Below, piece by piece: positions 58,101 to 64,000 of a stretch of 64,000 nt of DNA. The notes under the pieces are model-generated. The model had not been told where the DNA came from, searched no databases, and saw only the letters and a list, made by a program, of their open reading frames with translations. The translations under genes were made by a program, and so were the position numbers. Origin of the DNA: Macrostomum lignano (lineage: Eukaryota); NCBI GenBank assembly GCA_002269645.1, contig NIVC01002183.1:62001-126000 (forward strand), given 5' to 3'. Every line of letters starts with the position of its first letter. Position 1 is the stretch's first letter.

Positions 58101-61100
58101 CCGCCGTCTCGAGCGCCTCAGTGAAGCAGCGCTCGGCCGAACTGGCGTTGCCTAGCAACCGGTTGACTTCGCCCAGGCGGCCGAGCGCCTCCGCCGTCGG
58201 GCCGGCCTCGCCGAGTTGCCTCGCCGCGGCCAGCTCGGAGCAGTGATGGCGCAGTGCCTCCAGCAGCTCGCCACGTCGTCGGTGCGCCTCGCCAAGCCCG
58301 GCGTGCGCCGATGCCAGGCGCCGCTGATTGGCGCCGGCGGCCGCTAGTTGGCGCCGACGCGCCGTGAGCTCCTCATCGGATTGACGCTTCGCCGCCGCCA
58401 GCTCGGCGAGGCGACCCATAGCGCGGAATCGACAGCAGGCGCGAGCGTCACCGTCTGGGAATTCGTCTTGTTCGGCGACATCAGCGGCAGCCGATTGAGG
58501 GTCGATTGAGTCGTCAGAGCCGCTACCAACGAGTCGGAGAGCGGCTTGAAGGTGTGACTCGGCCTCTGCCAGGCGGCCGAGTTGCTGACAGGTCTGAAAA
58601 ATAAAAAAATAATGAAACTTGAAATTATGTTGTTTTTCTACCTGCTTTTGCACTCTAGTTGTCTTTTAGTCTCCAATAGTTTGTTGGGTGTTCTTTAGTG
58701 TTACTTTAATTAAATATGCCTAAAAGTAAGCACTCTAAGCGTACTTTTAATCAACCGGTAGGTACACCCCGTCCTATTAAAAGCTAAAGTACATTGAGTG
58801 TAAGTCTCCCTATAAGTGCATTTAAAGTGCACCCTAGAAGTGCGCGCACCTGTCCCAGGCTGCTGCGGGCCCGAGCTACTCCAATCTCGTCTCCGGCCGC
58901 CTCGGCCGCCTCCAGCGCGGTCCGGTAGCGCTGCTCCGCCTCGGCGTGTAGCCCCATTGCCGAGGCGGTCGAGCCGAGCCGCTGCTGAGCTCGCCTGGCC
59001 TCCGAGCACGTCGCCGAGGGCAGCGACAGCGCGGCCGTCAGCATGTCGGCGAACGCGGCCTCTGCCAGTCCGAATCGGCCGGCCGCCTCTTCCAGGCAGC
59101 CGATCGTCTCCAGGGCGCGGCACTCGGCCCGCCGATCGCCCAGCTGCCTGGCCAACCGCAGCTGCTGTCCGGCGTGCTGCCGCGCCAAGTCGGGGTGCCC
59201 GAGGCCGCGCTGGCAGGCGGCGAGCCGACCGTGGCAGGCGCACTCGCCCGGCGCATCGTCCAGAGCCTGAAGCAGCTCCAGCTGCTCGGTGTGGTACTGC
59301 AGCGCCGATGGGTACCGCCGCATTCGCTGCTGGCACTGGCCTGCATAAATAGATTGCGGCGTGTGCATCCATTGTAGGCTCTCTATTATTGTTTTCGATA
59401 CATATCGGTCATTCTAAATTTCATTCATTACGGAATTAGCTTTATTGTGGTATATCTTAATTCGTATTTTAGCGTACCCTATGAGTCCTTGACGCTCAGT
59501 TCGGTGCCCATTGATGCTAGACATGGCGCTTATTGATGCTAGATTCGGCGCCCCTCTGATGCTACGAGTAGATTCGGCGCCCCTCTGATGCAAGATTCGG
59601 CGCCCCTCTGATGCAAGATTCGGCGCCCCTCTGATGCTACGAGTAGATTCGGCGCCCCCCTCCCTGATGCTAGATTCGGCGCCTCCCCCTGATGCTAGAT
59701 TCGGCGCCCCCGAATTCTTTCGAAGAATTTGCTTTTGCAATAGCTTTCTACATTAGCTACTAACAGTAGGAGAGTAGCACATGTAATACTATCTTAGCAA
59801 AGTATATTTTCAATTGAACAACCATTGCCATTATTCGAAATTGGCAGTCGCAGTTGGCAATCGGTCGGGGCTGGCTGAATTTGCGTGAAAAAAAATGGTT
59901 ACGTTCCAGCCTGTCTCCACTCAGACCCAGACGGCCAAAAATGCGGAAAGCTTTTTTGTCAACTAAAAAATCAGTTGAAAAAGTTTCAACTTGGATTTTT
60001 GCATCTCGTCCGGCTGCATCAGTCGCAGGCCGCAGTGGGAAAGAGGAAAAAATAAAGGAAAAAACGGTCGGAAAAAAGTTTTTCTAGCGATTTTAGTGGC
60101 TCGAGAGCGACTTCAACTGGGGCGTGAGGGAGCAGTGAGTTATTTTCGAACAGCCATTTGTTTAACCGCAATCGAGTGCAAAATCCAGCTGTTCAGTTGT
60201 CACAGTGTGTGACAAGACTGCTTCGCATTTGCTATCACGTTTGCGTCTGCTTTCGTGACTTTTCGCGACCGATTATTATTTATAGCAATGAATTGAGGCG
60301 CTAAGTGCAATTTTGGGACTGGTTTGCCAGCACTGGTTTACGCGGAATTGTGAACTTGGGATTCGGGTTATCGTTTTTTTTGAAAGCGACTTATCTGAAC
60401 TTCATTTTTGCTTGATTTATTTATTAAATTTTATAATTTACGATCATGCTATGGGTGCGTTCAGGTAGCGTTATTCATTTGCGGGGTTTCTGGGCAAGGA
60501 GGGAGGTGGGTGAATGGGTAGGGTTTCATTCGGGGGGGGTTTATGGCCAGGGAGGGAGGTGGGTGAATGGGTAGGGTTTCATTCGGGGGGGGGGTTTATG
60601 GCCAGGGAGGGAGGTGGGTGAATGGGTAGGGTTTCATTCGGGGGGGGTTTATGGCCAGGGAGGGAGGTGGGTGAATGGGTAGGGTTTCATTCGGGGGGCT
60701 TATGGCCAGGGAGGGAGGTGGGTGAATGGGTAGGATCGCGGGGGCTTATGGCCAGGGAGTGAGGTGGGTAAGTGTTTGGGGTTTCATTCGCGGGGGGGGG
60801 GTTTTATGGCCAGGTAGGGAGGTGGGTGAATGGGTAGGGTCATTCGGGGGGGGTTTATGGCCAGGGAGGGAGGTGGGTGAATGGGTAGGGCTTCATTCGG
60901 GGGGTTTATGGCCAGGGAGGGAGGTGGGTGAATGGGTAGGGCTTCATTCGGGGGGGGGGGGTTTATGGCCAGGGAGGGAGGTGGGTGAATGGGTAGGGTT
61001 TCATTCGCGGGGGGGTTTATGGCCATGGGGTGAGGTCAGTAGAGTTTAATTCAAAGCTTTTTTAACCAGAGATCTTTCAAAATATTTAGAAAGTTTGAAA

Positions 61101-62969
61101 ACCGCCTTGGATTAGTAGCACTTTTTCATCTGTTACGTAAATGCTTTTCAGAAAGAATGCAGCACTGCCGCCATTCATCATGTTATGTCATCTTCATCCA
61201 TTACGAAATTGCTTGCAAGACGGATAGCATTTGCTTTTTGGAGGAATTATCACTACGAGTAAGACCAGCAGTGGGATTTATAGTCAGAATTTGTTCGCAT
61301 TTTCAGCTTTTTTCAACTGACTAATGAAATGCTTTTACTGTGGGAGCTTTGCAAATTGACGGGCAAATGGCGTTTGAATCAATATTCCTTGTCCAAGTTT
61401 ACAATTGCTTTCTGTGGCATTAACTTTGAGGTTCAACTTCAATCCAGCCAAGAATCCCGCTCACTAAGGCCAACACCAATTGATACCGAGTATGCAAAAA
61501 TGTAGATAAATAGATACTTATATCAAATACCACTGAAGTTCCATTGAAAATCCTTAGAGATCCTGATTTCCAGCAGAAAATATATGGGAAACGAAGGAAC
61601 TCCCGTGGTAAATCCATGGAAATGCCATGGAAAACCCATGGAAATGGAAAACCCATGGAAGAACTTGGACATACCTATGCCACCCAGCGCCTTGGCCATG
61701 GCCGGCTTGTCCCTTTGCTGACTGGCCAGCCTAAGCTGGGATTTGTGCAGCTTCAGGGCCGACTCGGGGTCGCCCAGCTCAGCGTAGATACAGCCGAGGG
61801 CGCCGCAGGCGGCCGTCTCCAGTTCGTGACTGCCAGCGCGCAGGGCGCAACTCAACTGGCGCTCGTGCAGCGCGCGCGCCTCGGACAGCCGCCCGGCCAG
61901 ACGGCGGCACTCGCCAAGTGCGCCGCAGGCACGACCGACAAGCAAGGCTGCGTCGACCGACTTCTCAGCGCCTCCGAGATCCTTGCTGTCCGGTTGCTGG
62001 GACCCGGAGCTGGTAGAATTTTCGAATGCGAGGAAGTTAAAATATTAAATTACAATTTTCCGCCCCCTAAGATCCTACATCCGCCCCTTAAGACCCTAAA
62101 TCCGCCCCCCTAAGATCCCCAATCCGCCCCTAAGATCCTAAATCCGCACCCTAAGATCCCCAATCCACCCCTAAGATCCTAAATCCGCCCCTAAGATACT
62201 AAATCCGCCCTCTAAGATCCTAAATACGCACCCTAAGATCCTACATCTGCACCCTAAAATCCTAAATCCGCACCCTAAGATCCTAAATCCGCACCCTAAG
62301 ATCCTAAATCCGCACTCTAAGATCCTAAATCCGCACCCTAAGATCCTAAATCCGCACCCTAAGATCCTAAATCCGCACCCTAATAAAATCCTAAATCCGC
62401 ACCCTAATAAAATCCTAAATCCGCGCCCTAATAAAATCCTAAATCCGCACCCGAAGATCATCCACCCGCCGCTGACATTCACCTTCCATCAGCAGCCTCG
62501 GCAGCGGCAAGAGCCTCGGCCAGATGCTCGGCCGCTTCGTCCGGCTGGCCGGCCGCCATCGCGTCCTCACCCAGGTTGATCAGCGCCCGCGCCCGCTCCC
62601 CGGCGCTGCCGGCAGCCTCGGCCAGCCGCAGCTGCTCCCGGTGCCAGCTGGCCGCCTCGGCCGGCCTGCCGAGCTGCCGGTGTAGGCAGCCGATGCTGCC
62701 GAGCTCCGCCGCCTGCGCCAACGGCCGCCCGGCGCCGCGCCAAATATCGGCGCATCGACGGTGGCTGGCCAGCGCGCCAGCCGGGTCGCCGGCCGCGGCG
62801 TACAGGTGGCCGAGGCTCGAAAGCGCCTTCGCCACCGTTTCGTCCAGGCCGAGACCAGCGGCCAGACGGAGCCGCTGCCGCTCGTGGCGCATCGCCGCCG
62901 ACCGGTCGCCCTGAAGGAGGCGCGCCGCGCCCAAATTGCCGTGCGCTCGGCACTGGCCGGCCTCGTCAC
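55156..62969 (-). CDS. TTC28: TTC28-like TPR-repeat protein (3' part; upstream exons not identified)
   Basis: Phase-compatible exons 62969-62483, 62009-61675, 59340-58850 and 58593-55156. TPRs of the type CRAHGNLG, ALSSLGHLY, ACGALGCIY. C-terminal SLWRLPGCQQLLSGLGFDLVEV matches the TTC28 C-terminal motif LWRLPGC.EFL.ALGFDL. Confidence 0.8.
59515..59712. repeat. GATGCTAGATTCGGCGCCCCTCT-type minisatellite, intronic
   Basis: About 7 diverged units. Confidence 0.85.
60495..61030. repeat. ~50-bp G-rich minisatellite, intronic
   Basis: Unit GGCCAGGGAGGGAGGTGGGTGAATGGGTAGGGTTTCATTCGGGGGGGTTTAT. Confidence 0.92.
62060..62460. repeat. 21-bp minisatellite (TAAGATCCTAAATCCGCACCC), intronic
   Basis: Direct inspection. 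Confidence 0.92.
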
Positions 62970-63687
62970 CTGCGGGGTTGATTGAGAGGCCTGTCTGTCC
63001 TAGTGTCTGTCCTAGTGTCTGTCCTAGTGTCTGTCCAATCTGTCCTAATTTCTGTCTTGGTGTCTGTTTAGAGTACAAGTCTAGACTAGGTTGAGAATGC
63101 CTTGAGGGCAGCTTTTTCCCCTTTTCAAAGTGAAATTTGGGATTTGCCATGCCCAGTTGAGCTGCATGACTCATGCATGCACAGATCAGAGTGATTTATG
63201 AGCCTCAGTGAATAATAGAATTAACAACTCAGGAATACCGCCGCTAACATGCAGCAGTTCTAGGTTACTTGTCACCTTCAAGATTTCAATGCAATTTTAA
63301 ATTGATCGACAGCTTTATAATTCTAGTCTGGGCATTCAACTAGCGAGCATGAAATTCCTGTCAGGCTGGGTCTCTTGCGGCATTGCTGCCCTGGAGCCTC
63401 GAGAGGGTGATAAATCCTTGTCTCCCATGGCAAAATAGGCAGAATTCTGCATTATCCAGAAATGCATCAGAGATAAAAGGGGTTTTATAGTTGCAGAAGT
63501 TTCCGTCCCGTTCCAGTTGCCATGCATTTGTGCGTTTGGCATCCAGCCATCTTTTTCTCGTCGTATAAAATCTGGCCCGAAGAGAAAATATTTACATTGC
63601 AGTGTGCACTGTTGCGCAATACATTGCTAGGAAATGTCAGAGAGATAAAAGCTTATCCCAGTTGGAAGCACTGGCCTTCACCACTCA

Positions 63688-64000
<313 letters not shown>

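Noticed and set aside
55123-59372. Many overlapping plus-strand and alternative-frame ORFs
   Set aside because: GC-rich shadows of the TTC28-like coding exons. The MQKQVEK start of the 1165-aa ORF is intronic (acceptor at 58594).
63336-63542. Possible upstream TTC28-like exon
   Set aside because: No TPR signature and no convincing phase-compatible splice sites.

Overview
Eukaryotic (metazoan) genomic DNA with GT-AG introns, GC-rich exons and many minisatellites. The style resembles a flatworm such as Macrostomum, but that is inference only. Host genes: an anoctamin/TMEM16 gene (+, 5' end outside the window, stop 19475), a multi-Ig-domain gene fragment (+, ~27.7-37.0 kb), WBP11 (+, 44148-47303), an atypical PKA regulatory-subunit-like gene with two cNMP-binding domains (+, 49195-53951) and a TTC28-like TPR gene (-, 55156-62969, 5' end not found). 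The main feature is a 12,388-bp Polinton/Maverick (adintovirus-like) element at 3262-15649 inside an anoctamin intron, with AGTAGT...ACTACT ends, 217-bp perfect TIRs and a 6-bp TSD (GGAGAG). It carries the usual integrase-chromodomain, penton, major capsid, adenain protease, packaging ATPase and protein-primed PolB. It also encodes a clear TATA-binding-protein (TBP) homolog, a tandem PC4-like protein and a DEDD/Maelstrom-like ORF, which together suggest an element-encoded transcription module. Other mobile DNA: a 5.5-kb APE-RT-RNaseH non-LTR retrotransposon with a 13-bp TSD, nested hAT elements with 8-bp TSDs, a mariner relic, a tRNA-derived CORE-like SINE and several MITEs. All homology calls come from motif recognition by eye; no database searches were run.
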